From the IMG/VR virus record IMGVR_UViG_3300042870_001850, positions 1 to 64,000 of that record: a DNA stretch of 64,000 nucleotides. One strand, given 5' to 3'. How positions within the stretch are numbered: position 1 is the stretch's first letter; every line of letters begins with the position of its first letter. Shown here piece by piece: positions 16,284-25,640 of the stretch. The translations under genes and the position numbers were made by a program. Source of the stretch: a virus. The notes below the pieces were generated by a model. It made no database searches, was not told the DNA's origin, and saw only the letters and a list, made by a program, of their open reading frames with translations.

Positions 16284-16826
16284 TTAGACTTGATCACGGC
16301 AACTCGGGCAGAGAAGAGCGTCATAGCCAGTTGCATAGTTTACAGAAATCCCGTTAGGAGTCACAGGTGTAGGTGAAATACTGTCTGCTGAGTTTCCACA
16401 TCTGTCGCAGACAGGATCTACGAGCCAAGTCACTGACTTACCCTTTTTGATAGATGCGACCATTCCGCGAGTAAGAGCATGCATAGATCCTCCACCAGTA
16501 GTTTTGCGCAAGAAAGATCTTAGATCCTCTACTTCAAGAACTGGCTTGACATGCTTACAAGGACATTCCATTCTTGTCGGTTTGCAGTAGACAAGACCGT
16601 TAGTAGAAGTATGACGAGAAACTGGATGACCACAGACGCAGACATGAGGATCTCTCATTCCTGACGCGATCTTCCCAAGGAGCATCTCGTCCATCTCGAT
16701 AGCTTCTTCTACGTCAATGCCCATCATCTCGAGAGCCTCTCGTGCAGAAGTAGTTCGTCTTTCATTTTGTACAGTTTTATCCAATGGATCCTGTACAAGT
16801 TTTATTGCGTGTGCATCATTTGTCAT
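16284..16826 (-). CDS. Cys-rich Zn-binding hypothetical protein
   Basis: CVCGH, CPC, CDRC, CPSC; TATAGT 7 nt before ATG 16826. Confidence 0.7.
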   Translation of the reverse strand: MTNDAHAIKLVQDPLDKTVQNERRTTSAREALEMMGIDVEEAIEMDEMLLGKIASGMRDPHVCVCGHPVSRHTSTNGLVYCKPTRMECPCKHVKPVLEVEDLRSFLRKTTGGGSMHALTRGMVASIKKGKSVTWLVDPVCDRCGNSADSISPTPVTPNGISVNYATGYDALLCPSCRDQV

Positions 16827-16906
16827 GTGTGAAACTATACCATACAAACTAGTAACTATTGTTGACTATCTTTGATTCTTATTGAAACTGTTTAGAAGTC
16901 TCTGTA

Positions 16907-16987
16907 ACTCCGTAACTGAACTATTTTTTAGGTTAGCCACTCACGTACACGTATACGCGTATACCAAAAATAGTTCAGTAACAGAGT
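16907..16987. repeat. 22-bp inverted repeat enclosing a perfect 14-bp palindrome at the strand switch
   Basis: Arms 16907-16928 and 16966-16987 (2 mismatches); GTATACGCGTATAC at 16951-16964. Confidence 0.8.
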
Positions 16988-17293
16988 ATCAATATATAGT
17001 ATTTATAGTAGTACTTAGAAGAATTGTTTTTGCACTCACATCATTTTCAAGTAGTACACTGCACTATAGCCACACACTCACATCCCAAACTCAACACTCT
17101 CTCTCCCATTTTCATAGTCGCCCTCTTCTCATTATCTTCTTAACTGCAGCTCAAAATTCGTATTCACAACCGCCTTCTGCATCGTCATCCGAGTCACATT
17201 AGTACAAGCAACGCCCTTCCGCTCCCGCCGATTAGTACAATGCAAAGCAGGTAATTTCACATTGAGATACAAACAAGATATGATTACAGAGTC

Positions 17294-17548
17294 ATGTATT
17301 TTCTAAATGAAGACCCACACAAAAGAATCTTGAGAAGGCTTTCAGCCTGCACTCACACTCTCTATGCGGTGGCAGAAGAGCTTGATGACTTCGAAGACGA
17401 AGAGCTTGAAGACGTAGAAAAGCGAGGAGATCTACTCATATCAGTAGAGAACCTTATTGATGTAGCAATGCATCTCACAGATGAAATTCGCGCCATAGCC
17501 TGGCAACACACACTGACACCACAACAACTCGAAGATGAAGACTACTAA
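17294..17548 (+). CDS. acidic hypothetical protein
   Basis: ORF track. Confidence 0.7.
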   Translation: MYFLNEDPHKRILRRLSACTHTLYAVAEELDDFEDEELEDVEKRGDLLISVENLIDVAMHLTDEIRAIAWQHTLTPQQLEDEDY

Positions 17549-17565
17549 TTAACAAGTAAGGATAT

Positions 17566-20500
17566 ATGAACCACCGCGGTACACGCGGGGGAGAGCGTTT
17601 CGGGCGAAACAAAATCATAAGAGTTCGTAAAGGCTCTTGGGTAATTATTCCATCTATACTTATAGCACTAGCTTCGGCTTTTACTCCGTTAGGTCTTGTG
17701 GCCAACGCTACAGGTAATACCGTCTCAATACCAAACGCTGGTTTTGAAGATGGCACACTGACTGGTTGGGATAAGGGTTCACAGACTGGAACGCTTGGCG
17801 CTTCCATAACTGGCAGCGGAACTGGTGTAACCGTCTTTACTGGTTCACGCACTTTTACTTATGGTGCAAGTAGCTGGACATTTTCGCCAAACAATGCTAC
17901 ATACGCAGCACTGCTGCAGCCAAAGGGTGAACAGACGTTTACTCAATCTACTGCAGCCCTCGGACTTTCTGGAAATCAAACTTCAGAAATAACACAAACA
18001 CTATCGAGCCAAGCAACTACAACAGGCTTAGGAAATGGCAACCCTACAGATGCTGCATGGATTACCCGTGAAGTAGAGCTGACAGCTGGTGTTACATACA
18101 CGATGTCTTGGAACTATATGGCAACTGACTATGTTCCATTTAATGATGGTTCAATTACGTCTTTGGTTCCAGTCACAGTTGCATCAACTCCAGCAATTAC
18201 TGTCAATAACTTTAATAAGTCATATGCTCTTCTTGGTTTTACTAACCCAGGAACTGGCGATTACTCTACTGGTTCATATGGTTCAACCGGCTGGCAGATA
18301 TCAACTTATGAAGTTTCTGTTAGCGGGACTTACAAGCTTGGATTTGCAGTATTCAACCTTGATGATACTTCTCTATCACCAGTTCTGATGATTGACAGCG
18401 AAATTGGCACAACACAACAGTGCAGTCAAAACGGATCTTGTCAAACATTTGGTGGAGTTGAAGCAAATAATGATACAGCGCCGACACTTCCTCCAACTAC
18501 AACAACGGAGCCAGTACCTACAACAACTACAACAACACTTCCTCCAGCAACATCACTTGAAGTAACAAGTCTCGATGACACTACTTCCGATGGAACATTG
18601 CGTTGGGCAATCACACAAGCAAACGCGCAAAGCGGTGGAATCTATGACAGCATTACTTTTGCAAGTGGACTTGTGGGAACAATTACTCTTACGTCAGATC
18701 TTCCAGCAATTACTGCAAGTGTGTCAATTACTGGTAACGGTATAACGAGCACTATCATTGACGGAAATGGCTTGTACCGTCCTATCTATAATAATGGTCA
18801 AAGAACAATAGCTATTAGCAATATGACACTAAAAAATGGAAAGGTTGCGACTGGAGGTCTTGCTTGGACAAACCAAGGAACATTCACAGTAACAAGTGTC
18901 AAGTTCTCGAACACTCAACAGTACGCGTGGCACCAGCAGAATCAAACAGTCACAACATTCAACTCTTGTATCTTTGCAAATAACTACGCAGGTATTCGTT
19001 CTGACTATGGAAGTACTCCAACGACAAAGAGTCTCACAGACTCTGACTACCAAAACCGAGTCTATGTTAATAACTCACAGTTCTTAAACAATACCTACGG
19101 TCTCGCAACAGAACGCTTTACAAAGATCGAGAACTCCACGTTCACAAACAACACTGTCTCCGCTGCGCAACTACAGGGTCTCAACCGTCATCAAGTCTAC
19201 AATTCCACGTTCACAAACAACGGCACTGGAGTTTCGCTATTCTCATACATTCCAGCAGGATGGACACCTGGCGCAGATAACCAATTAGTAGAAGGAAACA
19301 CGTTCACTGAAAACGGCATTGCGATCAACGTCAATAACTACTTCAATAACGGAGCAAAATCCTACAACGGAGTATACGCAAACTCGTGGTCAACTTCTAC
19401 TAACAACACTTTTGATAACAACACGAACATCTACGCAGGCTCTGACTTCGTTATTGGAAACAACACAGTTGTAACTACTACCACTACTACTACCACTACG
19501 ACAACAACAAGCACTACTACTACTACTACTACTACAGTCCCAGAAGTGCCAACTGGCACGACAACAACTACCGAACCAGCGGTTGTCCCTCCTCCTGTTG
19601 AGACGATTCCAACAGAAAACACCACTGTCTCAATTCCTGAGTTAGACCCAAATCCAGTCGCAACTCCAGAACCAGAGACAACAGTTACAACAATTTCCCC
19701 AACTACTACAACCCTTATTGAAACAATATTTAACCCAGTGGAGGTAACCCCCGTTGAGACACCCACGAGCGAAGGTAACACCGAAGGTGATGGACCCGCC
19801 ACCTCGATACCACAATATGCCCCAGAACAAGAGACAACAACACAAACGGATGAACCGCCGTTAGTTGTGCCAGAAGCTATACAAGATGCTGCCGACACTG
19901 CAGTTGCAGATATTTTTGATGGACCCATGTCTAACGCAGGACTTGCAAACGCTGTTGATGATTTAGTTGCAGATGCGGAAACGCCTGAAGCACTAACCGC
20001 CGTGGTTAACTCATTGCTTGACCAAGAACTAACAGACACGCAGTTCTCTACAGTAATTGATTCAGTGTTTGATGGACCTATGTCTGACGAAAACTTCTCT
20101 GCTGCAGTTGATGCTGTCTTTGCAGATACTTCAACGCTGAGCGACGAACAGTTTGACACTGCAGTGCAAGCAGTTTTTGATGGGCCTTTGTCAACCGAAC
20201 AGTTTGGTGACGCTCTCGAGGCTGTCTTTAGCGAGCCAATCTCTGATGAGAAGTTTGATGCAATCATTGACGCCGTTTTGGATGAGCCACTTTCAGACGA
20301 ACAGTTTGCAGAAGTTGTTGGGGTCCTTGAGTCCGACGCTGTCTCTGAAGAACAAGTAGCCGCAGCTGTTGATAGCATCTTGGAAAACGAAGTCACCGCT
20401 GAACAAGCAACAGATCTTGCTACAAGCGAAAAAGTTTTGGAAAGCATTGATGCAGACCAAGCAGCAGAGATCTTCGATGCTGTTGCAGTTGATGAGCTGA

Positions 20501-20916
20501 CTTCAGCAGAAGAAGCAGCACTTGTTGCAGCAGTAACAGACGCGCCAGATGAAGTAAAGAATGCATTCGAAGAAACAATTGACATCTTTGCTGAAGGCCT
20601 CGATGAGTACGTAGCTATTGGTTCTCAGGTTGACGTAGGAACACGTAGAAGCCTTATCGCAGCCTCTGCCGCAGTATCAACCCTGACAGCAGCCGGCGCG
20701 GCTGGAGCAGCATCTGGAGGCTCTGGAGGACCATCTTCGAACGGTGGTGGCGGTAACGGCGGCGGCAATGGCGGCGGTAATGGAAACACCGAAGGCCGCA
20801 GTAAAAAAGAAGAAGAAGGCGAGCAAGAAGCCTCTGGTGAAATTGCTGGCCCAGAAGAAGACGAAAAGAAGAAACCCTTTACCCGTAATAGTATTTTCAA
20901 GTATCAGGAGAACTAA
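17566..20916 (+). CDS. large secreted or surface protein: signal peptide, beta-rich domain, beta-helix repeats, Thr tract, acidic helical repeats
   Basis: Hydrophobic N-terminus; VTSLDD...GTLRWAI then NSTFTNN repeats; poly-Thr; repeated AVFDGPLSDEQF-like units. Confidence 0.8.
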   Translation: MNHRGTRGGERFGRNKIIRVRKGSWVIIPSILIALASAFTPLGLVANATGNTVSIPNAGFEDGTLTGWDKGSQTGTLGASITGSGTGVTVFTGSRTFTYGASSWTFSPNNATYAALLQPKGEQTFTQSTAALGLSGNQTSEITQTLSSQATTTGLGNGNPTDAAWITREVELTAGVTYTMSWNYMATDYVPFNDGSITSLVPVTVASTPAITVNNFNKSYALLGFTNPGTGDYSTGSYGSTGWQISTYEVSVSGTYKLGFAVFNLDDTSLSPVLMIDSEIGTTQQCSQNGSCQTFGGVEANNDTAPTLPPTTTTEPVPTTTTTTLPPATSLEVTSLDDTTSDGTLRWAITQANAQSGGIYDSITFASGLVGTITLTSDLPAITASVSITGNGITSTIIDGNGLYRPIYNNGQRTIAISNMTLKNGKVATGGLAWTNQGTFTVTSVKFSNTQQYAWHQQNQTVTTFNSCIFANNYAGIRSDYGSTPTTKSLTDSDYQNRVYVNNSQFLNNTYGLATERFTKIENSTFTNNTVSAAQLQGLNRHQVYNSTFTNNGTGVSLFSYIPAGWTPGADNQLVEGNTFTENGIAINVNNYFNNGAKSYNGVYANSWSTSTNNTFDNNTNIYAGSDFVIGNNTVVTTTTTTTTTTTTSTTTTTTTTVPEVPTGTTTTTEPAVVPPPVETIPTENTTVSIPELDPNPVATPEPETTVTTISPTTTTLIETIFNPVEVTPVETPTSEGNTEGDGPATSIPQYAPEQETTTQTDEPPLVVPEAIQDAADTAVADIFDGPMSNAGLANAVDDLVADAETPEALTAVVNSLLDQELTDTQFSTVIDSVFDGPMSDENFSAAVDAVFADTSTLSDEQFDTAVQAVFDGPLSTEQFGDALEAVFSEPISDEKFDAIIDAVLDEPLSDEQFAEVVGVLESDAVSEEQVAAAVDSILENEVTAEQATDLATSEKVLESIDADQAAEIFDAVAVDELTSAEEAALVAAVTDAPDEVKNAFEETIDIFAEGLDEYVAIGSQVDVGTRRSLIAASAAVSTLTAAGAAGAASGGSGGPSSNGGGGNGGGNGGGNGNTEGRSKKEEEGEQEASGEIAGPEEDEKKKPFTRNSIFKYQEN

Positions 20917-20918
20917 CC

Positions 20919-21116
20919 ATGAAAAGAAAATTCAGCCCCATTGGATTCATCAAGAAGTTTGCAGACGAGACAGCCGCTTTGGCTTTCACGCTTGCAGGAA
21001 GCACCGTTGTGTTTGTCACCCTCTCGGGTCAAACACGCAAGATTGCTATCATTGCAACAGGAGTAGCTCTTCTTGTTCATTACATCCGTGTAATGGCCAA
21101 GAACGATATGGACTAA
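20919..21116 (+). CDS. small two-TM membrane protein
   Basis: AGGAG RBS; hydrophobic segments. Confidence 0.7.
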   Translation: MKRKFSPIGFIKKFADETAALAFTLAGSTVVFVTLSGQTRKIAIIATGVALLVHYIRVMAKNDMD

Positions 21117-21125
21117 AATACAGCC

Positions 21126-21536
21126 ATGTATGAATACCATGTAAAGAAAGTCACCAAGATCGTTGACGGTGACACCATCGATGTTGAAATAGATCTTGGA
21201 TTTGACATTTCATTCTCGTCTCGAGTTCGCCTTGCTGGTATTGACACCCCTGAGTCACGCACAAAAGACTTAGCAGAAAAAACTCTTGGCCTTGAAGTAA
21301 AAGACAAGCTAAAGCATCTTATTGAAGGTGCTAAATCAATTGTAATTAAGACAGAAAAGATGGACAGCTCAGAGAAGTACGGCCGTATCCTCGGCTGGCT
21401 CTATCTTGACGGTGCAGAGACTTCTGTCAACGAAGCTCTTATCGCTGGAGGGTACGCATGGGGCTACATGGGCGATACCAAAGTAAAAGACTTTGAAGCT
21501 CTTCGCGCTCAGCGAATCAAAAGCGGCACAGCGTAA
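21126..21536 (+). CDS. thermonuclease (SNase-like)
   Basis: VDGDTID, VRLAGIDTPE, KYGRIL. Confidence 0.9.
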   Translation: MYEYHVKKVTKIVDGDTIDVEIDLGFDISFSSRVRLAGIDTPESRTKDLAEKTLGLEVKDKLKHLIEGAKSIVIKTEKMDSSEKYGRILGWLYLDGAETSVNEALIAGGYAWGYMGDTKVKDFEALRAQRIKSGTA

Positions 21537-21611
21537 ATCGTTGTATTGACGCAGTTGAAGAATGCCCAAGAGAATGCATTTTTATAGAGCCCTGAGGCGT
21601 ATAATAAATGT

Positions 21612-22286
21612 ATGGCAAAACCACGCGTAATCATTCTAGCCGCTGGCGATGGCGAACGCTGGAAAAACTTTCGTGGCACGCCAAAGCACCTAACAAAGGT
21701 TGAAAACAAAGTTCTGCTAGAGCGCACATGTGAGCAGTTCTTAAAGTACACCGACGATGTCTGTGTTATCGGATTAGATAACAGGTACCAAGTTGAAGGT
21801 ACAAGTCTTTATGTCATCAAGGCGCAGAACACTCACTGGAAAGACGCATCAAAGTTCTTGTCATCTAAGAATCTGTGGCTGAGAGATGGCAGAACAATTC
21901 TTGTCTTTGGCGATGTCTACTTTACTAGCGAAGCTGTCAAGACAATCATGAAGAACAATGACCCATTCAAGTTCTTCTTACGCACTGGTCCAAATGAACA
22001 AACAGGCGCTCGCTGGAAAGAAATCTTTGCGCTGTCGTTTGATCAAACAATGGCGCCAAAGATCGGGCAGAACCTTTTGTATCTGACATCGAGGGGTCAG
22101 GTAGACATTCAAGCAGGCTGGGCACTGTACCGCTATATGATTGGCACAACAGCAAACGGTCTATTTAACAATCCTTATTTCATCGAGATCAACGACTGGA
22201 CAGAAGACTTTGACTTCCCAGAAGATCTTGAAATCTGGGAAGCGCATCGCGCTCGTCGGGCTGAAAACGCAGCTAAACTCGCGTAG
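21612..22286 (+). CDS. nucleotidyltransferase (NTP transferase, LicC-like)
   Basis: IILAAGDGERW...PKHL, FGDV, DFDFPED; TATAAT 6 nt before ATG. Confidence 0.8.
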   Translation: MAKPRVIILAAGDGERWKNFRGTPKHLTKVENKVLLERTCEQFLKYTDDVCVIGLDNRYQVEGTSLYVIKAQNTHWKDASKFLSSKNLWLRDGRTILVFGDVYFTSEAVKTIMKNNDPFKFFLRTGPNEQTGARWKEIFALSFDQTMAPKIGQNLLYLTSRGQVDIQAGWALYRYMIGTTANGLFNNPYFIEINDWTEDFDFPEDLEIWEAHRARRAENAAKLA

Positions 22287-22309
22287 CCAACCAGTCTACG
22301 CTGGCCACG

Positions 22310-23014
22310 TTGCTAGCAGATATAGTTGCGTACATGAACTTAAACCTCAATACGTGGCAAAGCGACGGTGTAGTGATTGTTCGCGGTCTCGCAGAAGAAC
22401 ACCTTATGACTGCGTACGAGGATTTATTCTTGGCAGAGCACACAGATACCAGCGGAAACATTAACTATTTAGGGTGGCTTGAGCAAGATCCGCATCTTGG
22501 CCGAAAAGAAATACTTGATCTTTTTTGCACAGGCAGCATCGCAGAAAGTGCAAATCAAATAAGTAACACTGTAACTCTTCAGTCAGTTCTTACAACATGG
22601 ATTTCTCCTGAACTGCGATGGCACCAAGACATTAGAGTGTCTTTCCCTGACAAAAACCCACGGTACTTTGGCGCATGGGTTGCATTAGACAGAATAACAG
22701 TAGAATCAGGACCTTTTTCAGCAGTACCAGGATCTCATCTGTGGGATTTTGACATAGAAGAATTACACAAAAGCACAGCAAATTACTATGAAGAACGGTT
22801 CTTTGAAGAGCAGATTGTTGCAAGAGCAGCAGAACCGCTAGTCTGTCTTCTTGATCGAGGCGATGTTGTGTTCTGGGGCGGATACACTGTCCATTCCGCT
22901 ATGTGGGCAGCTCCTGGTGCAACGCGCAAGTGCGTGATTGGCCACTACGCTGAGCCAGAAGACAAGCCCGTTGTAAAACACGGAATCGGGTCATACTTAA
23001 GTTTCAACAGATAG
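22310..23014 (+). CDS. PhyH-family 2OG-Fe(II) dioxygenase
   Basis: WHQD, AWVALD, SGPF..VPGSH, GDVVFW...VH, R. Confidence 0.85.
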   Translation: MLADIVAYMNLNLNTWQSDGVVIVRGLAEEHLMTAYEDLFLAEHTDTSGNINYLGWLEQDPHLGRKEILDLFCTGSIAESANQISNTVTLQSVLTTWISPELRWHQDIRVSFPDKNPRYFGAWVALDRITVESGPFSAVPGSHLWDFDIEELHKSTANYYEERFFEEQIVARAAEPLVCLLDRGDVVFWGGYTVHSAMWAAPGATRKCVIGHYAEPEDKPVVKHGIGSYLSFNR

Positions 23015-23100
23015 TTTTTTGCTGATCACACTTTTTAATTTATCGTTGTTATAATCGCAACTGTACATGTGTAACCACACATTAGATCTACAGGAGCAAA

Positions 23101-23580
23101 ATGACAAAGTCGGAATTAGTAACGCAGTACGCAGAGAAGATTAAACCGCTACTGCCACTTGCAAAGAAAGCCTATGGCTCAAGGACACAGGTAACGCCCG
23201 CGCACATAGCAAGCCAAGAGTACACGCAGTTACTTGTTGCGTTTGCAGAGCAAGGCGGAAGTCTATTACAGCTAGCAAAAGAACTTGATGTTGCGTACTC
23301 CGGTATGCGTCGTCGCATCTTCACGTCTGGCACAACACTTCCGTCAAACGCGCAGACAAAGCGCAGACTGACACCAGATCAAATCAATGAAGCAGTACTT
23401 CGCGTAGCTACTGCTAAGAGTAAAGGCACCCAAGAGTATCATGCGCAATTGTCGTATGAATACTACGAAACAGGTGTATCACTCGGTGCACTTGCTAAAG
23501 GTCTTGGCATCACAAATGCAGCACCGCTATATTACGGAATCAACCGACACTCAATGCGACAGGCGAATCAGCTGTCATGA
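23101..23580 (+). CDS. putative tandem-HTH DNA-binding protein
   Basis: Two SL..LAK.L.. HTH-like repeats; upstream GTTGTTATAAT at 23045-23055 and AGGAG RBS. Confidence 0.6.
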   Translation: MTKSELVTQYAEKIKPLLPLAKKAYGSRTQVTPAHIASQEYTQLLVAFAEQGGSLLQLAKELDVAYSGMRRRIFTSGTTLPSNAQTKRRLTPDQINEAVLRVATAKSKGTQEYHAQLSYEYYETGVSLGALAKGLGITNAAPLYYGINRHSMRQANQLS

Positions 23581-23744
23581 TGCCGCAGACAGCTCATGGA
23601 AATAAAGAAAGAGCAATAGTACGCGCACTAACAAGTCGTGGAGTTGTTCTATGGGACGGAATTCCCGAGCGTATTATTGAAGAACTACACAACAGCGGCT
23701 ATAAAATCAAAAAGCGTAAAAGAGTAAAAAGAAAACAAACATGA
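23577..23744 (+). CDS. 55-aa basic protein (not in ORF track)
   Basis: ATGA-coupled at both ends. Confidence 0.55.
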   Translation: MMPQTAHGNKERAIVRALTSRGVVLWDGIPERIIEELHNSGYKIKKRKRVKRKQT

Positions 23745-23824
23745 GTACGCTCCTATACAACATCGCAGGCTGCGTCGTCCTTGTCGGAATCGTTTGGATG
23801 TTCTGGTGGACAAGACCAAAATGA
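23741..23824 (+). CDS. 27-aa single-TM peptide (not in ORF track)
   Basis: MSTLLYNIAGCVVLVGIVWMFWWTRPK; ATGA-coupled at both ends. Confidence 0.5.
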   Translation: MSTLLYNIAGCVVLVGIVWMFWWTRPK

Positions 23825-23964
23825 AAGACCAAGACCTCGTGCAGCGGCTGCTCTCCGCGTATGATGACATGCGCACAGGCTCTCGTAGCGATCTAAAAGA
23901 TGCCGCTGATGAAATAACTACACTTCGCAAGAAACTAAAAGAATGCGAGAATCGCAATGAATGA
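23821..23964 (+). CDS. 47-aa coiled-coil protein (not in ORF track)
   Basis: DLVQRL...DAADEITTLR; coupled overlaps. Confidence 0.55.
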   Translation: MKDQDLVQRLLSAYDDMRTGSRSDLKDAADEITTLRKKLKECENRNE

Positions 23965-24337
23965 ATACCAATCTCTAGCGCCATACATGCTCGAAAAGGA
24001 TCCTGGTTACAGGATTGACTGCGGCCCCGGCTGGAAAGCGATTGTGCTTGACTGCCATGAGAAACTTTTAGCAATAGACCCAGACTATAAGATTTTGCAA
24101 ATCAAGCAAAAGTTTAATGGACTGCGGTACTACTTTGCGTCAGACAGCGATAGGAAACAAGAGATGCTTGCAATCACTCAGAAGTATGAAACGCTGTCAT
24201 TTAGTATTGACGAACAGACAGGCGCACAGGTTGCACCAAAAGATCCTGACTCAGAAATAGAACGCTTAAACGTAGTAATCATAAATAAGACTGCCGACAA
24301 TCAGTACTACCAAGCACTGCAGCGGGAGACTTACTAA
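23957..24337 (+). CDS. hypothetical phage protein (CGPGW...QIKQKFNGLRYY)
   Basis: Resembles the common phage GW..QIKEKFG.LR.Y pattern. Confidence 0.75.
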   Translation: MNEYQSLAPYMLEKDPGYRIDCGPGWKAIVLDCHEKLLAIDPDYKILQIKQKFNGLRYYFASDSDRKQEMLAITQKYETLSFSIDEQTGAQVAPKDPDSEIERLNVVIINKTADNQYYQALQRETY

Positions 24338-24540
24338 TGATGTACCCAATCGTTTACATTTTTGGACTTTTCTCCGGATACCTTTTCTACTATTGGTGGA
24401 TTAAGCCAGACATTAACGAACTAAAAGCAAAAGTAAGAAAGCACGAAGCACTTCGGGAAGCACGTCTACAGCGCGGAATAGATTTACTAAGAAAGACTAG
24501 AGCTCTGCAAGGAATAGATATAGATGGTGACGATGCCTGA
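24337..24540 (+). CDS. small membrane-anchored protein
   Basis: N-terminal TM; TAATG coupling. Confidence 0.65.
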   Translation: MMYPIVYIFGLFSGYLFYYWWIKPDINELKAKVRKHEALREARLQRGIDLLRKTRALQGIDIDGDDA

Positions 24541-24832
24541 TTTTTACGAAATGCGTAAAGCAGTGCTAAACGCAGACAAACGCTTTATCTTTGAAAATAA
24601 TGTCTCTGAACGTCTAAACAAAGAATACAAAGTTGAAATGAACTACACAAATATATACAGAACAGTCTATGAATCGCTAAAGCGTGATAGGTATAAGCAC
24701 GAAGAGTTACACTCGGCTTCAATAAGAATCACAGACGCTATATGGGAACTGCTCATTATGTGCAAAGAAGACAACGGCCTGCCTGAGACTGCAGGAACAA
24801 TTGTTGACTCAGTTCTGAAGATTCTTAACTGA
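24524..24832 (+). CDS. hypothetical protein
   Basis: ORF track. Confidence 0.65.
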   Translation: MVTMPDFYEMRKAVLNADKRFIFENNVSERLNKEYKVEMNYTNIYRTVYESLKRDRYKHEELHSASIRITDAIWELLIMCKEDNGLPETAGTIVDSVLKILN

Positions 24833-25111
24833 CCTCTGCCGCCTAGCGCGGTCTCTACGATGCAGCACCGGATCTTTCAGATATCCAATAGCGTATCTTT
24901 GATCCTCGGACTCGCCACCCCAAAAACCGTGCTCACCGTTCCTACGCGCGTACTCTCTACATTCATATGCAACAGTGCACTTCGCGCATATAGCCGCGGC
25001 TTTCTTTTCTTTCAAACGTTTGTCTACTGGCTTGTCAGTTGTGTCCGCAAAGAACAACTTAGACTGTCCCTTGCAGTTAGCTTCTTCAAACCACTCAATG
25101 TCATTGTCCAT
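24809..25111 (-). CDS. whiB: WhiB-family Fe-S transcription regulator
   Basis: W...ANC...FF...AICAKCTVAYEC...GFWGGESEDQR; four Cys; start set at MDND. Confidence 0.9.
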   Translation of the reverse strand: MDNDIEWFEEANCKGQSKLFFADTTDKPVDKRLKEKKAAAICAKCTVAYECREYARRNGEHGFWGGESEDQRYAIGYLKDPVLHRRDRARRQRSVKNLQN

Positions 25112-25177
25112 CGTTCGTATGTTTTGCATGATACAAAATTGTATCATGGTGACTTACTAAAATGAAGTTGAATGATC

Positions 25178-25333
25178 TTAATTATTAGTTAGTTTTTGTC
25201 TAACATCAAGAAGTAAGTCTGATATTTCAGATGCAGATACAAGAGTAGCATTTAACATATGAGAAAGCGCTTCGTCAATAATTAGTATAGCAGAGTTAAT
25301 GCACTCTTCAGCTTCAGCGCTAATTGTCATCAT
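25178..25333 (-). CDS. 51-aa hypothetical protein (not in ORF track)
   Basis: TAGAAT 6 nt before ATG. Confidence 0.5.
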   Translation of the reverse strand: MMTISAEAEECINSAILIIDEALSHMLNATLVSASEISDLLLDVRQKLTNN

Positions 25334-25349
25334 AGTAGCATTCTACTAC

Positions 25350-25589
25350 TTACGCTTGCTTTTTCTCTACCTTTGCAAAGACAGCATTGATTTCTGCAAC
25401 TGACAATTTGCCGTCATCCAAGAATGCGCGACTGAGTCCTTCGACAACAACTGCGACTCCTGCAATGCCTGCCATAAAGCACGCTTTATACAAAGGCACT
25501 CCTGCAATTGCACCAGCGCCAATGACGCCTAAACCACTTGCAGCGAATGTAGCAACAATTCGCAACACGATATTCTTAACTTGTTCCAT
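25350..25589 (-). CDS. holin-like membrane protein
   Basis: Two TM segments, DDGKLS..EIN; GGAGAGG RBS. Confidence 0.6.
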   Translation of the reverse strand: MEQVKNIVLRIVATFAASGLGVIGAGAIAGVPLYKACFMAGIAGVAVVVEGLSRAFLDDGKLSVAEINAVFAKVEKKQA

Positions 25590-25640
25590 GACCTCTCCTA
25601 GAGAATTCGCCCTCTCCAGGATATGGTCATTCTATCGCAT

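Noticed and set aside
16882-17202. 106-aa plus-strand ORF across the palindrome
   Set aside because: TTG start without RBS, low-complexity product, overlaps the inverted repeat
19431-20585. 384-aa antisense ORF, and similar shadow ORFs such as 5239-5982, 5561-6202, 14085-14528, 50472-50714
   Set aside because: They overlap well-supported genes and reflect codon bias or low complexity
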